From the IMG/VR virus record IMGVR_UViG_3300032290_001058, positions 1 through 30,025 of that record: DNA of 30,025 bases; one strand, 5' to 3'. Shown one piece after another: positions 16,532 through 25,358 of the stretch. A program made the position numbers and the translations under genes. This DNA comes from a virus (lineage: Duplodnaviria > Caudoviricetes). Every line of letters starts with the position of its first letter. Position 1 is the first letter of the stretch. The notes beneath the pieces are model-generated. The model worked only from the letters and a program-made list of their open reading frames with translations. It did no database searches and was not told where the DNA came from.

Positions 16532-17127
16532 TATGATTGCCGCCTATATGGCTCGAGCATGCGCGTAACATCGGTAGGGATTGCAGGCGCTGCAATGCTT
16601 ACCCCGTCTGCGCTCATAATGCTTCTATCGGTTTCAGCTGTGTTGTCTTTTGCTCGATACATGTACCCAGCCAGGCGACGGGTTGCCGCTCTAATTGGTG
16701 TAGGGCATGTGATGCTGTATGCAAATCTCCCTGTAACAGAAATAGCCGTATCTGGCGTACCTACGTATGTCCAGACGTACGCTGTATTCATCTTGATTTT
16801 TATTGCGTAGCTCGGTACGAAATTGGTAGGCAGCAATACGTACGCCTCGGCTGGTATTGTCTGTCCGTTGCCATTTACTACCGTGGTGATCTGGCACAAA
16901 TCAAAATCAAGCAACAGGGTATTTTGAAACGCATCAACCCGCCCGCCGTACCTGATATCGAGCGCATTGTAGTACCTGGTCGTATCTGCCGCAGCCTCAA
17001 ATGTTCGGTTGCAATAATCGTCTACTGCCGCCTGGGCTTCAGCTACGATATCTGCTAATAACGAATCATCGGTACCCGATTGTATGCCCAGGTACGTTTT
17101 CAATTGTGCTACGGTTAAATACCCCAT
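16531..17127 (-). CDS. Head-tail connector (HK97 gp6 / SPP1 gp15-like)
   Basis: YLTVAQLKTYLGI..DDSLL....AEA..AVDDYCNRTF ... IRAA ... V..MLEPYRR. Confidence 0.88.
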   Translation of the reverse strand: MGYLTVAQLKTYLGIQSGTDDSLLADIVAEAQAAVDDYCNRTFEAAADTTRYYNALDIRYGGRVDAFQNTLLLDFDLCQITTVVNGNGQTIPAEAYVLLPTNFVPSYAIKIKMNTAYVWTYVGTPDTAISVTGRFAYSITCPTPIRAATRRLAGYMYRAKDNTAETDRSIMSADGVSIAAPAIPTDVTRMLEPYRRQS

Positions 17128-17331
17128 TTATGCGCCTCGCTTCGGCTTGGGTTTCGCTGTCGGTGCTGCCGCTGTTGGTGCTGGCGCTTCTGGCTCTACT
17201 TGCTCGGCACGCCCTGTATTCAGCAGGTGTTGTGCCTCGCTCGCTGGCAGCTCGATTACCGAGCCGCCAGCGTAGCTACGCATTGAACCATTAACCATGC
17301 AGCTTAGGGCATTTTTTAGCCTGATCTGCAT
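17128..17331 (-). CDS. Small head-associated hypothetical protein
   Basis: GSVIELP..EAQHLLNTGRAE followed by a Pro/Lys tail, typical of small genes just after an MCP. Confidence 0.65.
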   Translation of the reverse strand: MQIRLKNALSCMVNGSMRSYAGGSVIELPASEAQHLLNTGRAEQVEPEAPAPTAAAPTAKPKPKRGA

Positions 17332-17341
17332 TGCTTAGCCC

Positions 17342-18892
17342 TTACGGATTCACGCCGTATACAAATGCCTCTGCCTGGGTAACGTCGCCGCCCCAACGTG
17401 CCGTAACAAAAATAGCCGTTTGGTAATTTGGCTGGTATACGTACGGATTGCGGCTAACCTCGAGCCCGAGATTTTCAACAAACGCGTAATAGCTCCAATT
17501 ACCGAAAATGATAGGCTTGTTACCCGTGCCCAGTACTGCAATTTTGTCCGTAACCGCAATAGGCTTGCCGTACAGGTTATCAATTGAGCCCATTGGTGTT
17601 GGTTGGAAGCTGTAGAAATTGCCTTGCAGCGCGCGAATTGCGCCCAGCGTGCTGTTTTGCATAACCCAGCCCGTTGCGTTGCCATCATCAACGTACCATG
17701 CAGGCAGCTTGTATACGATGTTATGTACGTCGGTTTGATCGATACCGCTAACGCTTGCAAGGGTTTCGCTGACTGTAGCACGTGTGAGCACGCCGTATGG
17801 CTGGCTTGAGCCCGTGCCGTTAATCATGTAATCATTGAGGTGCCGAGCGTACGCGCGCCCGATTTCGCGGGTAAGAAATCCCTCGAGATCCATTGCATTG
17901 TCGCGCAACAGCTGATTAGAAATCTTCATTGCAAGAGATGCGGTATAGACTGTGATTGCAGATTGTGCGAACGTCGGCTCATCAAAATTTGCAGCGCCTG
18001 ACTCTGCAACAAATGCAAAATTTGCCTTTGCATTCTGGTCTGCAATGTCGAAAATTTGACGATCAGTAGTGTAACGCTGAATGCCAAGCTTTGCACCAAT
18101 CCAGCTCTGATCACGCTTGTCGATAACCTGATTGTAAAAATCACGTGGCACCAAAAAACCGCCGTTTGCGCCCGTTCCTTCTACCAGGGTTGCCTTTGCT
18201 GCAACCTCATCACCTGTTTTCAGGTAATGCACAATTGATTCGGATTGCTCGTTGCTAAACCCGCGGCTGGTCAGCTTCTTGGTTGCTGGTGCCTGGCGCG
18301 TGCTGTCTACAACGCCGCCTGCTACTGGCTCGCCTGCAGTGTCTGCGAGAATCTCGAGCACTGCAGCCTTCATTTCTTCTTTGTTCATGGTGTTTGTACC
18401 CTTTGGTGTTGAATGATCTGTATATGCATAAGCGTACGTATCTGCAGCGGCTGTAATGCCCTTTGCTGTAGCTTTTACGTCGCTGGTTGCCGTGGTACGT
18501 GGCTCGGCTGGTGTTGGTGTTAGGCTGATTTCGCCTACTACCCAGCGTTTGAGCTCTCCTGATTCTCGCACTACTAAATGCGATAACGCGCCCGTTGACA
18601 GCCCGAGCGCCCCGCGCTTTACGAGCTGCATAACCTGTTTGGCGTATTTGTCGCGCCTGTCTAGCTCAATTTCAACGTCTATACCGTCGTCATCGGGTGC
18701 CCAGGCTTTTACAACCCCAATCTGCCGCCGCAAATTCCCAAGACTGTGATCGTAGTACACAGGCATACCGATAAACGAGCGCGTTTCGCCTAAATCGGTT
18801 TGTGGTGTAAACGTATCGCCTTGCAGATCACGCCCGCCCCAAACAATGCCCTTGCCCTTGAGCGTATACTCACCAATTGCCTTTACGCTCAT
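17342..18892 (-). CDS. HK97-family prohead protease - major capsid protein fusion
   Basis: Protease: RDLQGDTF, YYDH, GLSTG, EISLTPTPAEPR. Capsid: GGFLVP, FVAES, ISNQLLRD, NGTGSSQPYGV, LYGKPI, IIFGNWS, ARWGG. Confidence 0.93.
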   Translation of the reverse strand: MSVKAIGEYTLKGKGIVWGGRDLQGDTFTPQTDLGETRSFIGMPVYYDHSLGNLRRQIGVVKAWAPDDDGIDVEIELDRRDKYAKQVMQLVKRGALGLSTGALSHLVVRESGELKRWVVGEISLTPTPAEPRTTATSDVKATAKGITAAADTYAYAYTDHSTPKGTNTMNKEEMKAAVLEILADTAGEPVAGGVVDSTRQAPATKKLTSRGFSNEQSESIVHYLKTGDEVAAKATLVEGTGANGGFLVPRDFYNQVIDKRDQSWIGAKLGIQRYTTDRQIFDIADQNAKANFAFVAESGAANFDEPTFAQSAITVYTASLAMKISNQLLRDNAMDLEGFLTREIGRAYARHLNDYMINGTGSSQPYGVLTRATVSETLASVSGIDQTDVHNIVYKLPAWYVDDGNATGWVMQNSTLGAIRALQGNFYSFQPTPMGSIDNLYGKPIAVTDKIAVLGTGNKPIIFGNWSYYAFVENLGLEVSRNPYVYQPNYQTAIFVTARWGGDVTQAEAFVYGVNP

Positions 18893-19680
18893 TGCTTACC
18901 TCGCAATACGTATAACAGCTGGCTTGCAAGCTCTTTTACGTGCTTGGGTTGTTCCATCGGCATTGCTGCAGTTTCTGCCATTGCCTCGAGCATTTCGCCT
19001 GGCTCTTCCATCTCGGCAGGCTCTTCAGCTTCTGGCATTTCTTGCGTTGGTGTTTGGATTGCTCGCAACATCCATCGCAATTTTTGATGATAGCCTAATC
19101 GATCCTGTAGGAAATTCTGTACTGCAAATTCACCTGCAATGCCTGCAAAATAAATGCCGCCCTGCAAGAGATCGAGCATACGCATATTTTCAAGCGTAAT
19201 GCTTGCAAGCATCTCGGGTAGGCTCGCTTCCTCTGTCATGGTATCTACAGGCTGGGCAGCGAGAAGCGCATAAATCGTTGCAGGCGTTTTGAAACCTAGC
19301 GCGCGTATGTATTCGGCAGTTGGATCAATGCCCGCCTCGAGCGCTTCGTACAGCTCCCCGAAAAATGCATGATACTGAGGAAAATTTTCGCCTTCTAAAT
19401 TCCAGTGCGCTGCCGATGCCTTGTACCATAGGCATACCGTTGCCCCGAGAATTTCGCGCAATTGCCCTGGCAGGTCTGCAGCCTTGACAGCTCGCACCGC
19501 GTCGGTTTCTGCCTGTCGGCTGTTTACCTCTTCGATGTCCTGCATATCGTCGCCTAGGTCTGCAAAATAACTTTTCATCATCTCGGCATGCGCTGCCGTT
19601 GCACCTGCATGTTCGAGCACTGCCTTGCGTGCTGCCTTAATTAGTTGTACGTCGCTTGCGCTATGTCTGCTGCCTGCCAT
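18889..19680 (-). CDS. dps: Dps/ferritin-like protein with N- and C-terminal extensions
   Basis: HWNLEGENFPQYHAFFGELY..IDPTAEYIRALG..P and C-terminal HQKLRWML. H92/H104/D119/E123 match the Listeria Dps ferroxidase ligand spacing (H31/H43/D58/E62). Confidence 0.9.
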   Translation of the reverse strand: MAGSRHSASDVQLIKAARKAVLEHAGATAAHAEMMKSYFADLGDDMQDIEEVNSRQAETDAVRAVKAADLPGQLREILGATVCLWYKASAAHWNLEGENFPQYHAFFGELYEALEAGIDPTAEYIRALGFKTPATIYALLAAQPVDTMTEEASLPEMLASITLENMRMLDLLQGGIYFAGIAGEFAVQNFLQDRLGYHQKLRWMLRAIQTPTQEMPEAEEPAEMEEPGEMLEAMAETAAMPMEQPKHVKELASQLLYVLRGKQ

Positions 19681-19707
19681 GTTGTCACCTCATGCCTAAT
19701 TAGTGTG

Positions 19708-19716
19708 ATAATACCA
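19708..19716 (-). promoter_or_regulatory. Extended -10 promoter upstream of the dps-capsid genes
   Basis: Minus strand TGgTATTAT in the short intergenic gap, followed by GAGGT RBS. Confidence 0.55.
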
Positions 19717-19719
19717 AAC

Positions 19720-20193
19720 TCATGATTTAAACGCGTTTTGCACAGCATCTGCAATAACGCGCTGAATAATCCCCGATGCTTGCATTTCGGCTGCAACGTC
19801 GCTGCCCTTTTTCCAGCGCCCGCGGTGTATCTGGCTCTGCTGATCTCCTACAACATACTGCGAGTATGTCGCTGTGCTGATAATCGATACATCACCAATT
19901 TGCTCTTTCATAATGACGTATGAATTATTCAGGCGTTGCGTTGATTGCCAGGGTAACCCGTTGCCGCGCCCGCGTAGGTATTTTTTCATCTTACCCATTG
20001 CAAACATACGTTTTACGAATCGCTCTTGTTTCGCGCTCACCCATTGCATCGAGCCGTCGGCTGGCTCGGGTGGTTTCTCTTTGTTCAGCTTGCTTTTTGC
20101 AATGTCTGCAATAACCGCAATTGCTGCCGCCTGGGCTGCTTTTGCTTTTGCCGTTAAATGCAGGGCTGCATTCTCTACGATAATTTTTGTCAT
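19720..20193 (-). CDS. Putative HK97 gp10-like neck/tail completion protein
   Basis: Basic protein; SAKQERF, TQRLNNSY, ATYSQYVVGDQQ..IHRGRW pattern. Confidence 0.45.
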   Translation of the reverse strand: MTKIIVENAALHLTAKAKAAQAAAIAVIADIAKSKLNKEKPPEPADGSMQWVSAKQERFVKRMFAMGKMKKYLRGRGNGLPWQSTQRLNNSYVIMKEQIGDVSIISTATYSQYVVGDQQSQIHRGRWKKGSDVAAEMQASGIIQRVIADAVQNAFKS

Positions 20194-20417
20194 ACGTCTA
20201 ACGTGCCTTCTGGGTATACGTCTGGCTCGTATTCCAATACTTGTATATTTAGTGCTTCTTGAGCGTCGATAAGATGTAGATATGCATCATTACCAATGCC
20301 AGTAATAACCGATACATACAAATTTATGTTTGCTACTAATTCTGCATCACCTTCCAGCTTTTGTGTTGCTTGATTCCAGACAGCATTAAAATTGCCTTGT
20401 TTTGCTGTAAATTTCAT
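20190..20417 (-). CDS. Small acidic protein, candidate immunity protein for the MuF C-terminal domain
   Basis: 75 aa, low GC, ATGA-coupled to the stop of the portal-MuF fusion. Confidence 0.55.
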   Translation of the reverse strand: MKFTAKQGNFNAVWNQATQKLEGDAELVANINLYVSVITGIGNDAYLHLIDAQEALNIQVLEYEPDVYPEGTLDV

Positions 20418-23401
20418 TTGCCGCCATCCTTTACGATTTGTGCAAACAGTTCTATTAATCCTGTATCTTTGTTTGTTGGTATCAATGCAATATCAGTAAT
20501 AGCCATTGTCAGCACCTCGGGAAAATTACCCGAAATTTTCTGTATGTAACTCGGATAAATACGAAACGTATATGCAGAATCTGTAGCATCTAAATATGTA
20601 CTGCCAGAAATACCAAAATTTTGTGATCTTAGGCTAACTGGTTTTTCACCTGCTGTTCTCATTGCTGCAAAATCGTTTGTTGCTCGTACGCCGTACTGCT
20701 GATGATCTTGTAACGCATGCATAGATTCATGCACAATTGAAGATGCATCTGCATTTTTGTGCCCTGTCATAATTCCGCCGCCCATCGATGCATTTAGTGT
20801 TGATTGTCCTGCAGTAGCTTTATATACAATGTTGAACGGTTTGCCGCTGTCAGGCGCAATACCTACAGACAACTGTATTAATTCGGTTATTCGTGCTTGT
20901 TGTGCCTTGTTTAATTTAGCGCCTGCAAATGTAATATTTGCCGTTGCTGGTGTTGGGTGTTGCAAATCTTTTAATACAGATTTGTATACTGCTTCTTCTC
21001 GTGCTTGTAATGTCGCTTGAATAGTTTGCTGTCTAGCAAATTCTGCCCAGTATGCTTGACTTGCTGCTTCATATTCAGGCGAATTATAGCCGTATGTTTT
21101 TGCAGTTTGCCCCAATGCTTTTTCTAATTGTAACCTCGTGCCGCCTACTTTATCCCAATCTGCAGCAGATCGAGAATCAATTACAAGATCAGCCGGTACA
21201 GCATCTTTTATATACTGGGCAATCTCGGCAGCATCTCGCTGCAATAGTGGCACCTCGGCAGGCGCTGGTATTGGTGCCGTTGCCTCGTCTACCGTCAATT
21301 CCTCTACAGGCGTTTCGGCTGGCTGTGTGATGCTGTCTACATACTCAAGCCCCGTATCACAACGGCAGTTTACATGAGCTGGCGCGCCCTGGCTAATATC
21401 TTGATCACCGGTATACACACTAGCCCATAAATCATCGGTTAACCCGTCGAGATCAGCGCACATTTGGCATACTCTACGATCTTTTTCGGTATTCCAAATG
21501 CGCACTACAGAAATACCGTTCGAGCGTGCCAAATCTCGCACCTGCAACGTTTGCTGTGATGCCGCGCGCGTCGGCTCGGTAAACGCAATACGGCTTGCGC
21601 GTAGCTGCCCAAACATCGACAGTTGCTGCATAATGTCGGTTGCCGTTGTGCCAGGTGTAACCATGGTTGTCTCGATTACTTTATCAACGTATTTTTTTTC
21701 GGTTGCGCTCAAATCGATTAGAAATGGATTCCAGTATTTATCGAGGTATGTTGCCCCGTGTGCTTTTATTCCTTGCTCGATTAGGGCTGCTGATTGCTCA
21801 TCTGCCATGCCGCGTATAGGCTGTACGCGCTCGGCTCCTGCATCGAGCACCGTATCTGCTACTGATTTATCAAGTATGTTGCGTAGATCGGTATCGATGC
21901 CGCTATAATCGCCTGCAGCAATTTTCTGGCTAACGTCTATGTTGCGTTTCTCGAGCTTCTTTACGATGCTCTTGTATACCTTTTGTTCGCCTGGCGTCAT
22001 ATCAGCGTAGGTTAGCTTGAGCGAATCAAACAGTGCTACGATTTCATATTTTTTTTTTACGTCGCTCAATTCAGTATCAATGTAATCGAGCATGTACTGT
22101 GGCAATACATCGCTGGTAAACTTTACGGCTGCTGGCTTGCCTGGCTTGTGCCGAGCAAGGGCTTTAGCCTGGTATCGCTCAAGCTCTTGTACGCGCTTCT
22201 GGGCAGTGTCGGCTATTGCTGTACGTTCGTCAGGCATTGCAGGCGCTGGGGTGTTTACAGGCGTGCCAGTGTCAACGTTTACGCCGCCGTCGGTATCCTG
22301 TTGGATAACAGCAGGCAGCCCGAGCGCTTCCTCGATATTATCGTAGCCCAGCTGTTTCATTGCGGCAGCTAACGGTAGCCCAGCTTGTACCAGCAATACC
22401 AGGCTGTTCGCGCGCGCGGCTTCGTCTACCTGAAACACATCAAGTTTTTCTGGCAAAAACTTAAACTGATATTTCAACGTACGAAATAATTGCTCATTAA
22501 GCACGCGCTCGTAAAATGCCAGCCGAGGCACAATCGTTTCACGCCAGAATGATTGCCGATCACTATCAGCCGTAGCATAATTTGCCGCGCTGGCTTCAAT
22601 CATGGTACGAGGTACCCCAAACGTGCTGACGATGTTCATCACCGCGCGCTCTTGTATTGGTACCATGTCCATCTGATCGAGCGGAAATGTCACAATTTGG
22701 GCATTCACCTGCCCGCGGAAAAAAAACGTTTTAAACGCGTTGCTGACGTTTTCAACGTAGCGCGTCCAATGGCTTTTCATTCGCTCGAGCTCGGGAGGTG
22801 TAATACTTTTGTCGAGGCTCAACACCAATGCAGGCTGTGCGCCGTGTTCGAAAAATGCCGAGGCAAACCGCTCGAGGTAATACGCAAGCTGGGCAGATTG
22901 CAACGCTACCCGCGCTGGGCTAACTTCCTCATTGATATCGTTTTTAATGCTCGGCTCGTGGAAATACACAATATCGGCTGCTGTCCAGGTTGCATGTATT
23001 TGCCCGTCGATTTTCTGGGTAAATCGCAAGCCTGTAAGGTAATCGGCACCTGTCATCATTTCGGGGTGAAATGTCACCTCGACAGATCGAGGATTAATAA
23101 ACTGAAATCCATACAGTACGCGCCCTCGATACAAGCGCAGCCAAAATGCGCGCCCTACCAACATAAGCGCGCGCTCGGTTTGCTGTATGAGATTCTCAAG
23201 CGGTGTAGAAAATGGATAATCGACAGGTAGCCCAGCGCGAATCAATTCATATGGTACCGTGCCGAGCGCATCCGCGCGCAAATTGATAGCACGATAGTAC
23301 ATCGGTACCTTTTCGTATGCATCCAGGGTGCCGTATAATTCGCCTGCCTTTTTGGCAATGCTATACCAGCCTGGTATTGCCTCGATTGCTTTAAAATCCA
23401 T
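20414..23401 (-). CDS. Portal - MuF (SPP1 gp7-like) - HExxH zincin-like fusion (995 aa)
   Basis: HK97-type portal aa ~1-350 (AINLRADAL, SPARVA, FFEHGAQP, FGVP, NYAT, FWRETIVP). MuF: RASRIAFTE, W.TEKD.RVC..C..LDG, PAHVNCRC (H676). C-terminal HESMH (H891) and PEVLTM (E962). Confidence 0.88.
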   Translation of the reverse strand: MDFKAIEAIPGWYSIAKKAGELYGTLDAYEKVPMYYRAINLRADALGTVPYELIRAGLPVDYPFSTPLENLIQQTERALMLVGRAFWLRLYRGRVLYGFQFINPRSVEVTFHPEMMTGADYLTGLRFTQKIDGQIHATWTAADIVYFHEPSIKNDINEEVSPARVALQSAQLAYYLERFASAFFEHGAQPALVLSLDKSITPPELERMKSHWTRYVENVSNAFKTFFFRGQVNAQIVTFPLDQMDMVPIQERAVMNIVSTFGVPRTMIEASAANYATADSDRQSFWRETIVPRLAFYERVLNEQLFRTLKYQFKFLPEKLDVFQVDEAARANSLVLLVQAGLPLAAAMKQLGYDNIEEALGLPAVIQQDTDGGVNVDTGTPVNTPAPAMPDERTAIADTAQKRVQELERYQAKALARHKPGKPAAVKFTSDVLPQYMLDYIDTELSDVKKKYEIVALFDSLKLTYADMTPGEQKVYKSIVKKLEKRNIDVSQKIAAGDYSGIDTDLRNILDKSVADTVLDAGAERVQPIRGMADEQSAALIEQGIKAHGATYLDKYWNPFLIDLSATEKKYVDKVIETTMVTPGTTATDIMQQLSMFGQLRASRIAFTEPTRAASQQTLQVRDLARSNGISVVRIWNTEKDRRVCQMCADLDGLTDDLWASVYTGDQDISQGAPAHVNCRCDTGLEYVDSITQPAETPVEELTVDEATAPIPAPAEVPLLQRDAAEIAQYIKDAVPADLVIDSRSAADWDKVGGTRLQLEKALGQTAKTYGYNSPEYEAASQAYWAEFARQQTIQATLQAREEAVYKSVLKDLQHPTPATANITFAGAKLNKAQQARITELIQLSVGIAPDSGKPFNIVYKATAGQSTLNASMGGGIMTGHKNADASSIVHESMHALQDHQQYGVRATNDFAAMRTAGEKPVSLRSQNFGISGSTYLDATDSAYTFRIYPSYIQKISGNFPEVLTMAITDIALIPTNKDTGLIELFAQIVKDGGK

Positions 23402-23424
23402 GCCTGGTACCTCTGTCTGTATGT

Positions 23425-24630
23425 CTATATGAAATCGTACAATACTTGCCCGCTGGCTAGCATTTCAACAGCACCTGAAACCGCGTCTACCATATCATCA
23501 TGCTGCCCGTGTGGAAATGACAAACACTCATCTATAAACTGGGCTACCCAATCGCCTCGCACTACTCGTACCATGCCTTGCTCGGCTCGCACTGCCCAGG
23601 GCATTGCCCGCTGCATTTTATCCCGTGTTACTACGTAGCCTTGCAATGATACATTTACCAATTCTGGCATACGCCTGATATCTTGCAGCGCGCCTAATCC
23701 TGCTTGCGCTTGCTCGATACCCTGCATAGTATCGTATTGTTCTGTTTTCATGGTATCTACCATAATTTTTCGTACGTCAGGAAATTCGGCTTTTATCCTG
23801 ATGCCGTCTGCTATGTACAGGTTGCCCGAATCATCCATAGCACAGCGTACGCTAGCGGTATAGTCTGCTGTTTCTCTTATGCTGGTTGCCGTATCCCAAT
23901 ACCGAAACCATGCCAGCCCCTCGGGTGCGCGTTCAATAATGGTAAACCATTGCCGCTTAAATAGCGCGCCTGCCATATCGACGAATTCGCCTTCTACCTC
24001 TTGCCTAAATTGCTCGCTGGTATACGATTTCTTCAACGTATCGAGAAACGAATTGGGCAGGAAAATATTATCAGCGGTTTTGCTGTGTATAATTTCGTAA
24101 TCAGTATCGCCCGATGTCCATAGATCGTAAATCCAATCGCGCCCGCGTGGTGTAGTGGTAACCCATGCGCGCGCTGGCTCTTCTCGCAACGTAGCAATAG
24201 CAATAGTCCAGGTATTGATTGGTACGAGCGCTGCCTCGTCTACCCATAGCCAGCCCAAATTAGCACCGCGTAGCCGCTCGGGATTTTCGGCAGATCGTAG
24301 CAAAATGGTACGGTTACCATGCAGCTTAATCGTGCCTGTACTGATATTCTCTTGTACAAGTATTTTTGCCTTGCGCGCAATGTCTAGCAACATCTTGCGC
24401 GCCCCGTCGCGTAGCATGGCATTGGTAGGCGCAATAATCATGCCTGTGCTACCCGCTGGCTGGCGTAATACCTCGATAACCCCTGCCCGAGTTTTACCGC
24501 TGCCGCGCCCGCCAATGAATGCCCGAAACCTGGCGCTACTCCGGAAAAATGCGAGTTGTGGCGCTGTCGATTCGGTCTGCTTCAATAAGCGCACTGGGTT
24601 GCTGGTCTGCGAATCTGTGTACTGGCTCAT
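23425..24630 (-). CDS. terL: Terminase large subunit
   Basis: Walker A GGRGSGKT, Walker B WVDEAA, TTTPRG, QEVEGEF; nuclease YWDTA..ADYTA, HDDMVDA. Confidence 0.96.
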   Translation of the reverse strand: MSQYTDSQTSNPVRLLKQTESTAPQLAFFRSSARFRAFIGGRGSGKTRAGVIEVLRQPAGSTGMIIAPTNAMLRDGARKMLLDIARKAKILVQENISTGTIKLHGNRTILLRSAENPERLRGANLGWLWVDEAALVPINTWTIAIATLREEPARAWVTTTPRGRDWIYDLWTSGDTDYEIIHSKTADNIFLPNSFLDTLKKSYTSEQFRQEVEGEFVDMAGALFKRQWFTIIERAPEGLAWFRYWDTATSIRETADYTASVRCAMDDSGNLYIADGIRIKAEFPDVRKIMVDTMKTEQYDTMQGIEQAQAGLGALQDIRRMPELVNVSLQGYVVTRDKMQRAMPWAVRAEQGMVRVVRGDWVAQFIDECLSFPHGQHDDMVDAVSGAVEMLASGQVLYDFI

Positions 24631-25171
24631 TGCCTATCTCTACGATAAAATCAGTAGCCTGTTGGTTTGCTGGCGCTTCGTATTTCTCTCGATACTTTTC
24701 AGGCTTCAAGCCCTTTAGCAGAAACATTGCAAGCAAATCGGATTTGCGCGCGCGCTCTGCTACGTCCATTTCGAGCCGCTCGGCTGCTTCGTCTATTGCT
24801 TCGTGCCATTGCTCGCGAACGTCTGGGCGCTCGTTATACGCCTTGCGTGCTGTCTTACGGCTAATGCCTACATACTCGGCAGCGGCTGTGACGTTACCCC
24901 ATAAACTGAGGTGTTTTATAAACACGGGTAGCCATGCGTCAACGTCTAGATTAGTCGTACGCGCCTCGCGCCCGTCGCTGTATTTCAATACGATTGTGTC
25001 AGGTCGTACGTATGCTTTACTGCTGACGGGTTTCACTTTAGGCGCGTTTAGTGGTGGTCGCCCGCGTGGTCTGGGCTGTTGCATAGGAAATTCAGGTTTA
25101 CGTTTTGGGCGCCCTGGCTTGCGTTTCATCTTGCCATGTAACGGTAAAATTTCTTCTGGTTGTTCGCTCAT
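24536..25171 (-). CDS. terS: Terminase small subunit with N-terminal AT-hook-like motifs
   Basis: GNVTAAAEYVGISRKT HTH, WHEAIDEA, SDLLAMFLLKGLKPEKYRE; directly upstream of terL. Confidence 0.85.
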   Translation of the reverse strand: MSEQPEEILPLHGKMKRKPGRPKRKPEFPMQQPRPRGRPPLNAPKVKPVSSKAYVRPDTIVLKYSDGREARTTNLDVDAWLPVFIKHLSLWGNVTAAAEYVGISRKTARKAYNERPDVREQWHEAIDEAAERLEMDVAERARKSDLLAMFLLKGLKPEKYREKYEAPANQQATDFIVEIGNEPVHRFADQQPSALIEADRIDSATTRIFPE

Positions 25172-25175
25172 GCAT

Positions 25176-25358
25176 TTACTCGATTTCTGTAACCGTAATA
25201 ATGCGCAATGCAGCATTAGCCAGCGCGTTAATCATAAGCATGCCTTGTGCAAATTCACCCCAGGCAGGATCACCCGATAAAATCATGCTCATTGTTGCAA
25301 TTGCGGTTGTGATGTTGAGCCAAATAACTCGGCTTTTGTACCATGGTTTTTTTGTCAT
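25176..25358 (-). CDS. Holin-like protein (two hydrophobic segments)
   Basis: KPWYKSRVIWLN...ANAALRIIT; within the lysis cluster. Confidence 0.7.
   Translation of the reverse strand: MTKKPWYKSRVIWLNITTAIATMSMILSGDPAWGEFAQGMLMINALANAALRIITVTEIE

Noticed and set aside
24536-24630. TerS-TerL frameshift fusion suggested by the 95-nt overlap
   Set aside because: TerS/TerL overlaps are common, TerL has its own plausible ATG, and I saw no clear slippery site.
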